DNA from: Sulfuricurvum sp.
Lineage (GTDB): Bacteria > Campylobacterota > Campylobacteria > Campylobacterales > Sulfurimonadaceae
NCBI GenBank assembly: GCA_041661705.1
Contig: JBAZTZ010000009.1
Location: forward strand, 9,050 to 73,049
Direction: 5' to 3'
Length of the DNA: 64,000 nt
Notes under the pieces: model-generated
What the model was told of the DNA's origin: nothing
Databases searched by the model: none
Seen by the model: the letters and a program-made list of their open reading frames with translations, nothing else
Part shown: positions 9,600-18,104 of the stretch, one piece after another
How the letters are laid out: every line of letters starts with the position of its first letter
Position numbering within the stretch: position 1 is the first letter of the stretch
Program-made: the position numbers and the translations under genes

Positions 9600-12106
9600 T
9601 ATGATTTTGACCACTCCGCGATTTTATCCATATATTGTTGAGCGTATTTCTCTCCATTACTATCTTGCTCGGCTTGAATGGTAAGATTAAGGTGATCGTT
9701 GTATTGATCAGGAAGCATTAAGACCCAATCAGTATCGTTAAACCAGATTTTCACCCCATCAAGTGTTGACGATTTTTTCCCCTTAGAATCTTCAAGGAAT
9801 TTACGCATCATTTTTCCTTTGAGTGCTTGTGAACACGGAATTTGATACGTATGGTAGAAAAAGTGGGGTAGATCGGCAATAAGCTTGGAAAGCTTGGTAT
9901 TATGATGAACAATCATCTCCAAAATTTTCAGCGTTGCGTACATTGAATCCCGATGAGTTGCGAATTCAATAAAGGCAAAGTTCCCCTCACCCGTCGCCAC
10001 CAAATCGTATTTTTTCATCTCTTCGGCTTTGAAGTTCGCGTAGGCTCCCCGTTCTATCTCCAAATGGTCAAAATAGACAATATCAGCAGCCCATGTCGGT
10101 AAGAAAACTCTTCGAATTTCCCCTTTTTCTTTTGCTTCCATATTTAATAAGCTCATAACGACATACAAAGCAGTTTGCTTACTAAGAATCACCCCATCAT
10201 CACACATTAGATCAAGTCGTTGTCCATGCGGGTAAATCATAAATCCAACATCCAAACCAAGCGCCTTAACAACAGCACTCATATCACCATGGGAACGTTT
10301 CACCAATGTGTTGATATTCGAAAGACGCTGTTCATCAGGATAGGCATTGAACATAATATTCTCCACACCCAAATCATTGAGTATCTCAGGGAAAATTTCG
10401 GATGCCATCCCGTGCATCATATCAACCGCAATACGGCAATCAAGACATTTAAAGCGATGCGATTCCAAAAGCTGTTTCATCCCATTCTGATAGCTTTGAT
10501 ACTCTTGCTTATGATGGGAAGGGTAAATCTGACCAATTCGTGAATAATCAACCCGTCTAAACGTCTCTTTAAAAAATGCTTTTTCCACTTTTTTAGCCAT
10601 ATCACTATTAATCCGAATCCCTTCGTGATTGTAAAAGGTGATAACGGTACTGGTGGGATCGTCAATCTTTTGGTGAAAATGGACACCAGCGGTATAACTA
10701 TCATGGAATGAGAGACTGCAACGCATAACCGCTGAAGAGATAGCATTATAATCAAGGACATCAACCCCTGCTGAAAGTAATCCTCCCAAAAATGCCCGTT
10801 TGAGCATACGAGAACTTTTATCGTAGCTTCGAGATACCACGACAGTAGAACCGACGGGAAGCTGTGCCCCAAATGCTTCGGCAAGTTTCGTTGCCATCTC
10901 ACAGGAGAGCTCAACATTGGATTTACCAATAACCATTCCATCTTCAAAAATGGAGTTCTTATATCGGCTTCCTAAAATAACGCTCCGACTAACAATGGCA
11001 GCATCTTCGATGACTTTGTAAGGCCAAATTGTGACATCTTTTTCTACTGTAACCAGTTGACCAATTTCACACCCTTCAGCCAAAATCATTCCCGATTTAG
11101 CCGTAACATTTTTCCCAATACTATTATTCGAGCAGATAACACATCCGTCTAATTTAGCATTTTTTCCAATTTCAACATTGTCCCAAATAACAGTGTTACT
11201 AATTTTTGATGAACTACCAATACTAACATTGTTGCCAATGACAACATTATTAAGTTTTGCCCCTTTTTTAATCGTTACATTGTTACCAATAACTACAATA
11301 CCAACGATTTCAATACTTTCATCATAAAGGTTATCATCTTCACAAATCAGCACACCATCAGGGTATTTAATTGCTTCTCCGGCTAACTGAAATTTAATTT
11401 TTCCCGCTAAGATATCTTCATAAACATCACGGTAACTCTCTGGATTACCAACATCACGCCAATAGCCTGACGCGTAACCTGCCATCAACTTTATTCCCTG
11501 ACGCATCAATAACGGAAAGAGATCTTTTGCAAAATCAAAATTCTCATTTTTAGGAATATAATCGAGGATTTCGGGTTCAATAATATAAATACCCGTGTTG
11601 ATTGTGTCACTGAACACTTCGCCCCAGCTTGGCTTTTCGAGGAACTTTTCAATCTCTCCCTCTTCATTGGCAATTACAACCCCAAATTCAAGGGGATTAT
11701 CAACGGAAGTGAGGGTTATCGTGAGTTTGGATTGTTTGCTAGCGTGATAATCAAAAATCTTTTGGAAATCAAAATCAGTTACCAAATCACCGCTGATAAT
11801 GATGAAGTTTTCATTTCCAATAACCTCTTGAGCTTTTTTAACCGCACCTGCTGTCCCATAATCATCATCTGGAACGATATAAGTAATACTTATGCCCCAA
11901 TCACTGCCATCTTTAAAATACTCTTTAATCACGTCAGGCTTAAAATAAAGCAAAATAATAAATTCTTTAATGCCTAAATCGCGTAAACTGACGATAGTAT
12001 GTTCCATCATCGGACGATTCATAATAGGCAACATAGGTTTAGGAATAGAGTTTGTAAGTGGCTGTATTCGTGTTCCGAATCCTCCTGCCATAACGACTGC
12101 TTTCAT
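9599..12106 (-). CDS. Sugar-phosphate nucleotidyltransferase + left-handed beta-helix + degenerate phosphohexomutase-like domain (mannose-1-P guanylyltransferase family)
   Basis: N-terminal MAGGFGTRIQPLT..PKP nucleotidyltransferase motif and hexapeptide repeats (IGNNVTIKKGAKL/IGNNVSIG). The C-terminal PMM-like region lacks the SHNP and DxDxD motifs. Confidence 0.88.
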   Translation of the reverse strand: MKAVVMAGGFGTRIQPLTNSIPKPMLPIMNRPMMEHTIVSLRDLGIKEFIILLYFKPDVIKEYFKDGSDWGISITYIVPDDDYGTAGAVKKAQEVIGNENFIIISGDLVTDFDFQKIFDYHASKQSKLTITLTSVDNPLEFGVVIANEEGEIEKFLEKPSWGEVFSDTINTGIYIIEPEILDYIPKNENFDFAKDLFPLLMRQGIKLMAGYASGYWRDVGNPESYRDVYEDILAGKIKFQLAGEAIKYPDGVLICEDDNLYDESIEIVGIVVIGNNVTIKKGAKLNNVVIGNNVSIGSSSKISNTVIWDNVEIGKNAKLDGCVICSNNSIGKNVTAKSGMILAEGCEIGQLVTVEKDVTIWPYKVIEDAAIVSRSVILGSRYKNSIFEDGMVIGKSNVELSCEMATKLAEAFGAQLPVGSTVVVSRSYDKSSRMLKRAFLGGLLSAGVDVLDYNAISSAVMRCSLSFHDSYTAGVHFHQKIDDPTSTVITFYNHEGIRINSDMAKKVEKAFFKETFRRVDYSRIGQIYPSHHKQEYQSYQNGMKQLLESHRFKCLDCRIAVDMMHGMASEIFPEILNDLGVENIMFNAYPDEQRLSNINTLVKRSHGDMSAVVKALGLDVGFMIYPHGQRLDLMCDDGVILSKQTALYVVMSLLNMEAKEKGEIRRVFLPTWAADIVYFDHLEIERGAYANFKAEEMKKYDLVATGEGNFAFIEFATHRDSMYATLKILEMIVHHNTKLSKLIADLPHFFYHTYQIPCSQALKGKMMRKFLEDSKGKKSSTLDGVKIWFNDTDWVLMLPDQYNDHLNLTIQAEQDSNGEKYAQQYMDKIAEWSKS

Positions 12107-12216
12107 TGAGTTCCTTCGTGAAAAAAGTATTTTATTTAGGCGAAAAGCTACTTGACTATGGTTAACTTTCTACCAGTTCTTAGAGTATACCATACGTTTT
12201 CTGCAATTTATTAATT

Positions 12217-12222
12217 ATTATA
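12217..12222 (-). promoter_or_regulatory. Candidate housekeeping-sigma -10 box (TATAAT) for the glycogen operon
   Basis: Exact TATAAT on the minus strand, about 110 bp upstream of the ATG at 12106, in an AT-rich intergenic region. Confidence 0.4.
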
Positions 12223-12282
12223 AAACATTAATAACAGTAGTATTTTTATATTTCAATTTAGTTACATATCATCGAAACATAA

Positions 12283-13296
12283 TTAAAAAAATTCAATATC
12301 CTCTGTATTCTCAGCATCACTTTCAGAGAGGGTTATTTGTAACTGAGCTATAGAGCTAAGGAGAGTTTTGTCCAGATAGTGAATATCCTCAGCACTTTGA
12401 TCAACAAAAACACTTTTACGCCACATTGATAAATCATTAATGATGGCGGTAATATAAATGGATAGCACACCACTATTATCGATACTTATCTTCTCAATAG
12501 GTGTCATTTCTAAAAGTGCCACCAGTATTTTAAGACTGCTCACGAGTTCTTGAAATTCTAAAAGATCCCTAATGACTTTGATGTAATTGTTCAGTAAACC
12601 GATAACATCTTTATATACGTCATTATCCATTCTAATTGATAGGTCAATAGCATCAAGAGTTTCCTTTTCAATCTCATCTAATTCATCAATTAGCCCTAAA
12701 TCAATTTCTACTTCTTGAAGATAGTGCATGGCTGAAGTAACCGCACTCCTCTCGTTACTTTGATAGAGATCATAAAAATTTTGTGTTACATTGCTTTTTG
12801 GATTAATTGGGCAACTTAGGTGCTCTACTTTTTCTGAATAGTGTAAATGTATATAATCACGAATCACTCCAAGAAAGTTATGATCTATTAATAACGCCAT
12901 TTCATTCATTGTCTCATGAGTTAATATTTTTTCTTCCAACATAAAGTGAATAAGTGTATTTTTTAGATTGACACAAATCATAAAAACCTCATCCAATGCG
13001 ATCTGTTTTTTCTCAAAAAAGATCAACATAACTCCAACTACAGGGCAATTACCCAATGCGTTAGTACCACGAATTACACCAATCGCATAGCTTAGTATCT
13101 TAGACCCAAAATACTTCCCGTAAAAGTCGGTGGTAATTTGATGTCTTTTAAGTATATCTATAACATCAGTATTTGCCATCCATTGTCGTACCAATTTATT
13201 TTTAGCCACTTCGAAATGATCAACATACAATGTTAAATGTGGAAATCTTGTCATTCTTTCTACCTTTTCATCCTCTGATTTTAAATATAGACTCAT
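12283..13296 (-). CDS. Uncharacterised all-helical protein with a putative N-terminal sensor-like domain and a C-terminal helical domain ending EDIEFF
   Basis: Long open frame. ATG at 13296 lies one base after the SNF2 TAA (GGGGTAAAATG). No recognisable catalytic motif. The C-terminal region resembles that of 55132..56208. Confidence 0.85.
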   Translation of the reverse strand: MSLYLKSEDEKVERMTRFPHLTLYVDHFEVAKNKLVRQWMANTDVIDILKRHQITTDFYGKYFGSKILSYAIGVIRGTNALGNCPVVGVMLIFFEKKQIALDEVFMICVNLKNTLIHFMLEEKILTHETMNEMALLIDHNFLGVIRDYIHLHYSEKVEHLSCPINPKSNVTQNFYDLYQSNERSAVTSAMHYLQEVEIDLGLIDELDEIEKETLDAIDLSIRMDNDVYKDVIGLLNNYIKVIRDLLEFQELVSSLKILVALLEMTPIEKISIDNSGVLSIYITAIINDLSMWRKSVFVDQSAEDIHYLDKTLLSSIAQLQITLSESDAENTEDIEFF

Positions 13297-13297
13297 T

Positions 13298-16200
13298 TTA
13301 CCCCCGCACAAACAACGCTTTAATCTCTTCGTTCTCCATCGTTGCAATCCCCTTTTCTCCCACACTCACGCTCATTTCCCCCATAGCAGTTTTTGCCTTT
13401 ATCATTTTATCAATCTTTTCTTCAAAACTATTTTTGGTAATGAATCGATACACAAATACATTATTTTTTTGACCGATACGAAATGCTCTGTCGGTTGCTT
13501 GGTTCTCCACAGCAGGGTTAAACCACAGATCATAGTGGATAACATTCGCGGCTTGCGTAAGATTTAGTCCTACTCCTCCAGCTTTGAGTGAAAGAATCAA
13601 AATTTGTTTTTCGTGGTCATTTTGAAATGATGAAACCACATCCTCTCGTTGCTTGGCACTAAGAGAACCATCAAATGTCAGAGGCTGAACAAAAAACTTC
13701 TCTTCAATAATCTGCGCCAATATCCCTAACATTTCAACGTATTGGGTAAAGATAAGAACTTTTTCCCCTTTGGCAATCATGGGTTCAAGAAGTGTCAACA
13801 ACAGTTCAGTTTTTCCACTGAGTGCTGCATCGTAAGGGGATGTTTTGTCATAGTTACGAGGGTGATTACAAATTTGTTTCAGCTCCGTGATAAGCTTGAA
13901 GATAAGCCCTGCACGGTTGGATCCCTCACTTTGTTCTTCCAAGCTTTTCATCGCTCCATCCACAATGCTTTGATAAAGAGCTGCTTGTTCCGGAACAAGA
14001 GTAGCGTATTCGTCAATCACGATTTTGTCAGGAAGATCATCAATAATGCTTTTATCTGTTTTAAGACGGCGAAGCATAAAGGGGGCAGTAATCAATTTCA
14101 AAGCGTTCGCTACCTCTTGATTTTGATCCATTTCGATAGGGCGAACGTAACTGGTGATAAATTTCGATAAATCTCCCAAATAACCACTCATTGTAAAATC
14201 AAAGATACTCCACAGCTCAGTAAGTGAGTTTTCTACAGGGGTTCCACTGAGGGCAATTTTATATTTACACGCAAATGACTTCAAACTCATCGCCGCTTGG
14301 GTGGTCGGATTTTTGATCCGTTGCGCTTCATCAATCACCAATGCTTCAATTTTATGCGACTTAAAGACACTAACATCTCGTCTAAAAATATCATACGTCG
14401 TAATAATAATTTGGGTGTCACTTAATTGTCGTCCCATCCCATAATAAAGTGATACACTCAACGAGGGGGCAAATTGAGCAAGTTCATTTTCCCAGTTGCT
14501 CATCAGAGAAGTAGGAATAACGATAAGTGTTCGTCCTTTAAGATGAGCGTTTTCATACAGATGAAGTAACGTAGCAATCGTCTGAATCGTTTTACCCAAT
14601 CCCATATCATCTGCAAGAACAACTCCAAAACCGCTCAAAAGATTCGAAACACACCACTGCACTCCCCGCTCTTGATACGGTCGAAGTGTTGCTTGCAAAT
14701 TGGGAGAAATATCAAAATCTTGTGGACGGAAGAGATTCTCAAAAAATAATTCCAAATCTTCATCAAATACCGCATTCCCCTCAAATCGTGCCCGTAATAT
14801 ATCGAATCGGGTCAACTTGGGTGTTTTCTTCGCTTTATCAAAGAGGGCTTTGAGTTCTTCAGGAGAGATACTGATATAAGAGTCACGAAACAATACGAGA
14901 TCACTTTGTTGACTCACCAGCGCTTGAAACTCTTCCATACTGATATGCGTATCACCAATAGCAATCGTCCAATCGTATTCGAGAACTTTATCGAGGGTGA
15001 AGAAACTTGTTGGCGATGTTTTCGTCCGGATACGCATGGAAAGACGGGGTTTGATAAGATGTTGCAATTCACGAGGCAAGACGATCTTCACCCCAAACGA
15101 AGACAACAGATGGGAACTCTCTCGGATGAACTGTTCAAACCGCTTCCCTTGAAGCTCAATTCTTGGCTCACTGCTCAAAAATTCAATCTCACTCAAGAAT
15201 CCTCGTATCGGAGAAAGGAGTTTTAATAACCCACTGGAATTTTCCTCACGAAGTGCATCACATAAAAATTGTTCTTTCTCTGTTTGTCCATCGTGCACCG
15301 ACATAGATAAAGCATAATTTTCCTCTTCATCTCCTCGTTCAAGGGTCAATGTGAGGCTATAACGACTCAAAGGGAGGGAAAAAATGGAAAAATAGTTTGC
15401 TACAGCGCGATCAATGTTGTGTTTTCCCCCCTCTTTTTGAGCAAACGCCCTCCCCATAAAAAAGCTCTCACTAATTGCAGGAGGATTCATAAAGAGACGC
15501 TTGTGCATAAAATTCATCTCATGGACATATTCCGTCATGGCTTTTGCCAAAAAGAGGAGTGTCCCACTTTTACCATCGAAAAAAGGATCGGAAGACGAAA
15601 AACGGACAAAAGGGGTGGCATTGCACGCTAAGCGTTGTATCTGCTCATCTACCGAAGATGGGGTCAAAAGGGGCATCCATCCGATAAAGAAACGGGGTTT
15701 AAGCGTATCTTTGAGTACCGCAGGGATAAACGCATTGGCATGGAGCAATAGATAAAGGGTTCGGCTAAGGGCATGATAATAACGATAACTAGCCCTCCCC
15801 TCCTCACTCCTAAACGAAAGAAAAAGGGTGACAAAATTCAATAACGATACGGTACACCCCCCTTTCATATATTTAAGTGCGTAGGGGGCGAAAAGTTCGG
15901 CTGTTTTTGCTTCTTGACGAAAAAGAGGATGTTTGATCGTAATATGCCCTGTTCTCCATAATTCGTCCAGAGTACATTCACATTCGGCATCTTTGAAAAG
16001 ACGTTCAAGTATCTCAATATTTTCATTAAAAATAGGAGAGATGAGTTGCGGTAATGCTTTGACATGGGCTTTATAAAACTCTTTCATCACCTCTTTATAG
16101 TCTATTGGAGCAAATGAGGGGTGTGGCGTTAAAAGGGAATCGATCAACGAAAGGGCATTCTCATGATGAAGCACTTCAAGCGGTTTATCACAAACGATCT

Positions 16201-16795
16201 CTTCCCACGGCTTAAGGGTAATAGGATAGAGTTGTGTCTCCTCATTAAACGCATCGAGTGTTTTGGTGAGATCCACCCCTCGCAAAGAAAAGATAAAAAG
16301 AGGGTTGTGGTCAATTTCGCTACTTAATGCCAACAGCACCGCAAAAGAGTGTTTACACGGAACTGAAGCATCATCACACTCACAATGCGTTTCGAAATTC
16401 AGATTCTCTCTTTGGTAAGGATCATCAAAATCGACACCACCTTTCATAAAAAGATGAATTTTCACCTCTTCACACCACTCTATAAAAGCTTCTGGCAATG
16501 TTCCATTGAGAAGTGCTGATTGAATAAACGAATCCGACGTGATCTTCTCTACAATCAAATTCTGTATATCAGGTTCAAAAGGTTTGAAAGTCACCATATT
16601 TCTATAACTATTTCGAGTGGAGCCTTTGACCTTGGCAATAACGTCACCCTCAATAATTGCTAATGCAGTGACCGCACCCTTATTAAAATAAGTTTTTCCT
16701 CGTCCCAACCGTGTATCATCTTCATACAATGATTCTAAATCATTATAAAAACGTTCTCCCCAAGGAGTCAGTCCGTATTTTTTCATTTTTGCCAT
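13298..16795 (-). CDS. SWIM zinc-finger / SNF2-family (SWI2/SNF2) ATPase fusion
   Basis: SWIM motif CECDDASVPCKH, Walker A LADDMGLGKT, VIDEAQ box, LSGTPVENSL, LKAGGVGLNL, QATDRAFRIGQ. Start placed at ATG 16795 (MAKMKKYG); the ATG at 16888 is an alternative. Confidence 0.92.
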   Translation of the reverse strand: MAKMKKYGLTPWGERFYNDLESLYEDDTRLGRGKTYFNKGAVTALAIIEGDVIAKVKGSTRNSYRNMVTFKPFEPDIQNLIVEKITSDSFIQSALLNGTLPEAFIEWCEEVKIHLFMKGGVDFDDPYQRENLNFETHCECDDASVPCKHSFAVLLALSSEIDHNPLFIFSLRGVDLTKTLDAFNEETQLYPITLKPWEEIVCDKPLEVLHHENALSLIDSLLTPHPSFAPIDYKEVMKEFYKAHVKALPQLISPIFNENIEILERLFKDAECECTLDELWRTGHITIKHPLFRQEAKTAELFAPYALKYMKGGCTVSLLNFVTLFLSFRSEEGRASYRYYHALSRTLYLLLHANAFIPAVLKDTLKPRFFIGWMPLLTPSSVDEQIQRLACNATPFVRFSSSDPFFDGKSGTLLFLAKAMTEYVHEMNFMHKRLFMNPPAISESFFMGRAFAQKEGGKHNIDRAVANYFSIFSLPLSRYSLTLTLERGDEEENYALSMSVHDGQTEKEQFLCDALREENSSGLLKLLSPIRGFLSEIEFLSSEPRIELQGKRFEQFIRESSHLLSSFGVKIVLPRELQHLIKPRLSMRIRTKTSPTSFFTLDKVLEYDWTIAIGDTHISMEEFQALVSQQSDLVLFRDSYISISPEELKALFDKAKKTPKLTRFDILRARFEGNAVFDEDLELFFENLFRPQDFDISPNLQATLRPYQERGVQWCVSNLLSGFGVVLADDMGLGKTIQTIATLLHLYENAHLKGRTLIVIPTSLMSNWENELAQFAPSLSVSLYYGMGRQLSDTQIIITTYDIFRRDVSVFKSHKIEALVIDEAQRIKNPTTQAAMSLKSFACKYKIALSGTPVENSLTELWSIFDFTMSGYLGDLSKFITSYVRPIEMDQNQEVANALKLITAPFMLRRLKTDKSIIDDLPDKIVIDEYATLVPEQAALYQSIVDGAMKSLEEQSEGSNRAGLIFKLITELKQICNHPRNYDKTSPYDAALSGKTELLLTLLEPMIAKGEKVLIFTQYVEMLGILAQIIEEKFFVQPLTFDGSLSAKQREDVVSSFQNDHEKQILILSLKAGGVGLNLTQAANVIHYDLWFNPAVENQATDRAFRIGQKNNVFVYRFITKNSFEEKIDKMIKAKTAMGEMSVSVGEKGIATMENEEIKALFVRG

Positions 16796-16844
16796 AAATT
16801 TCTTTTTCTTGTCGATAAATTTTTTGTAGTGATAGTGTGTTGTG

Positions 16845-16906
16845 ATTTTACCTAAAACTCCTCTAATCATGGCTGATTTGATATTCATGGATCTTTCGGG
16901 TAAAAT
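16845..16906. promoter_or_regulatory. Back-to-back divergent -10 boxes (GGTAAAAT on each strand) for the SNF2 gene and efp
   Basis: ATTTTACC at 16845-16852 (minus-strand GGTAAAAT) and GGTAAAAT at 16899-16906, each pointing at its gene. Confidence 0.45.
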
Positions 16907-16935
16907 TAGATTAATTATTAACACGAGGAATAAAC

Positions 16936-17502
16936 ATGGCAACAATCGGAATGAGCGATATCAAAAAAGGGGTACGCCTAGAGATTACGGGTGTGCCGTA
17001 CAGAGTAATCGATTTTCAACACGTTAAACCAGGTAAAGGGGCAGCATTTGTCCGTTGTAAAGTTAAAAGTTTCTTGAATGGAAAAGTTGTTGAGAAAACA
17101 ATTCATGCAGGGGATAAATTTGAAGTTCCGAATATCGAACATAAAACAATGCAGTATTTATACGATGATGGCGAAATGCTTCAGTTTATGGACAACGAGA
17201 GTTTTGAGCAACTAGGATTGACATACGAGCAGTGTGAAGATGCGAGCAAATGGATCAAAGACGGTACAAACGTTCAAATCGTTTTACACAATGGGAAGGC
17301 AATCAGCGTTGACGCTCCTGAAATTATGGAACTCAAAATTGTTGAAACTCCACCAAACTTTAAAGGTGACACATCAAGCGGCTCTAAAAAACCAGCAACC
17401 CTTGAAACAGGTGCAGTTGTACAAATCCCGTATCACTTACTTGAAGGCGATATTATCCGCGTTAACACCGTCGAGGGTGAATATATGGAGAAAGTGAAGT
17501 AA
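16936..17502 (+). CDS. efp: Elongation factor P
   Basis: [12 protein letters not shown] loop with the conserved Lys, KPATLETG, C-terminal VNT..GEY, GAGGA RBS. Confidence 0.98.
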   Translation: MATIGMSDIKKGVRLEITGVPYRVIDFQHVKPGKGAAFVRCKVKSFLNGKVVEKTIHAGDKFEVPNIEHKTMQYLYDDGEMLQFMDNESFEQLGLTYEQCEDASKWIKDGTNVQIVLHNGKAISVDAPEIMELKIVETPPNFKGDTSSGSKKPATLETGAVVQIPYHLLEGDIIRVNTVEGEYMEKVK

Positions 17503-17514
17503 TTTTCACTTTCT
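17489..17514. terminator. Hairpin between convergent efp and oorC (probable bidirectional terminator)
   Basis: Perfect 10-bp inverted repeat AGAAAGTGAA-gtaatt-TTCACTTTCT spanning the efp stop codon. Confidence 0.6.
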
Positions 17515-17531
17515 TCACCCCCTACTCGAAA

Positions 17532-18095
17532 TTACATTCCGAGTTTAGCTTTCGCTTCTTTGGCGTATTGGATACCGAGTGCCCATGCTTTGTTATTAAC
17601 ATCATGAACTTTTTTAGGTACTTTTGAAAGCATTACTTCACGAAGTGTTTCAGGATCAAGAACACCTGTAAACTCATTAGTAATACCAAGTGCAACAACC
17701 GATTGAGTAATTACATTACCCACTTCTTCTTTTGCAATCGTAATAATAGGAATCTCGACAATAATCCATTTTTGACGATCTTCTTCAGTTGGGTGCACCA
17801 AGTTTGGCTCGATAACAATAATCCCACCTGGTTTAACACCACTTTTAAACTGCTGATAACTAACATTCGCCACTGAGAGCATAAAGTCAATTTCACCCTC
17901 ATTTGCATACGGATAAAAAATCTCAGTATCATCCAAGGTAATATCAACAACGGTTGCACCGCCACGAACTTGTGACGTGTACGTAGCAGTTTTTAGACCG
18001 TGACCACCTAGCTTAATTTTGGCCGCTGCCATAATTTCACCAGCAAGGAGAACACCTTGTCCACCTACTCCTGTAAATCGTATTGTACTTCTCAT
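17532..18095 (-). CDS. oorC: 2-oxoglutarate:acceptor oxidoreductase gamma subunit
   Basis: GVGGQGVLLAG, YTSQVRGG. Fourth gene of an oorDABC order. Confidence 0.93.
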   Translation of the reverse strand: MRSTIRFTGVGGQGVLLAGEIMAAAKIKLGGHGLKTATYTSQVRGGATVVDITLDDTEIFYPYANEGEIDFMLSVANVSYQQFKSGVKPGGIIVIEPNLVHPTEEDRQKWIIVEIPIITIAKEEVGNVITQSVVALGITNEFTGVLDPETLREVMLSKVPKKVHDVNNKAWALGIQYAKEAKAKLGM

Positions 18096-18104
18096 GGTTT
18101 CTCC

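Noticed and set aside
16796-16945. Longest-ORF start of the SNF2 gene at 16945
   Set aside because: It would overlap the divergent efp start and cover both candidate promoters. The same reasoning moved the starts of the GalT-like gene, both GH57 genes, the 12283 protein, lolA, ybeY, the MreD-like gene, hisB, pgaD and argB.
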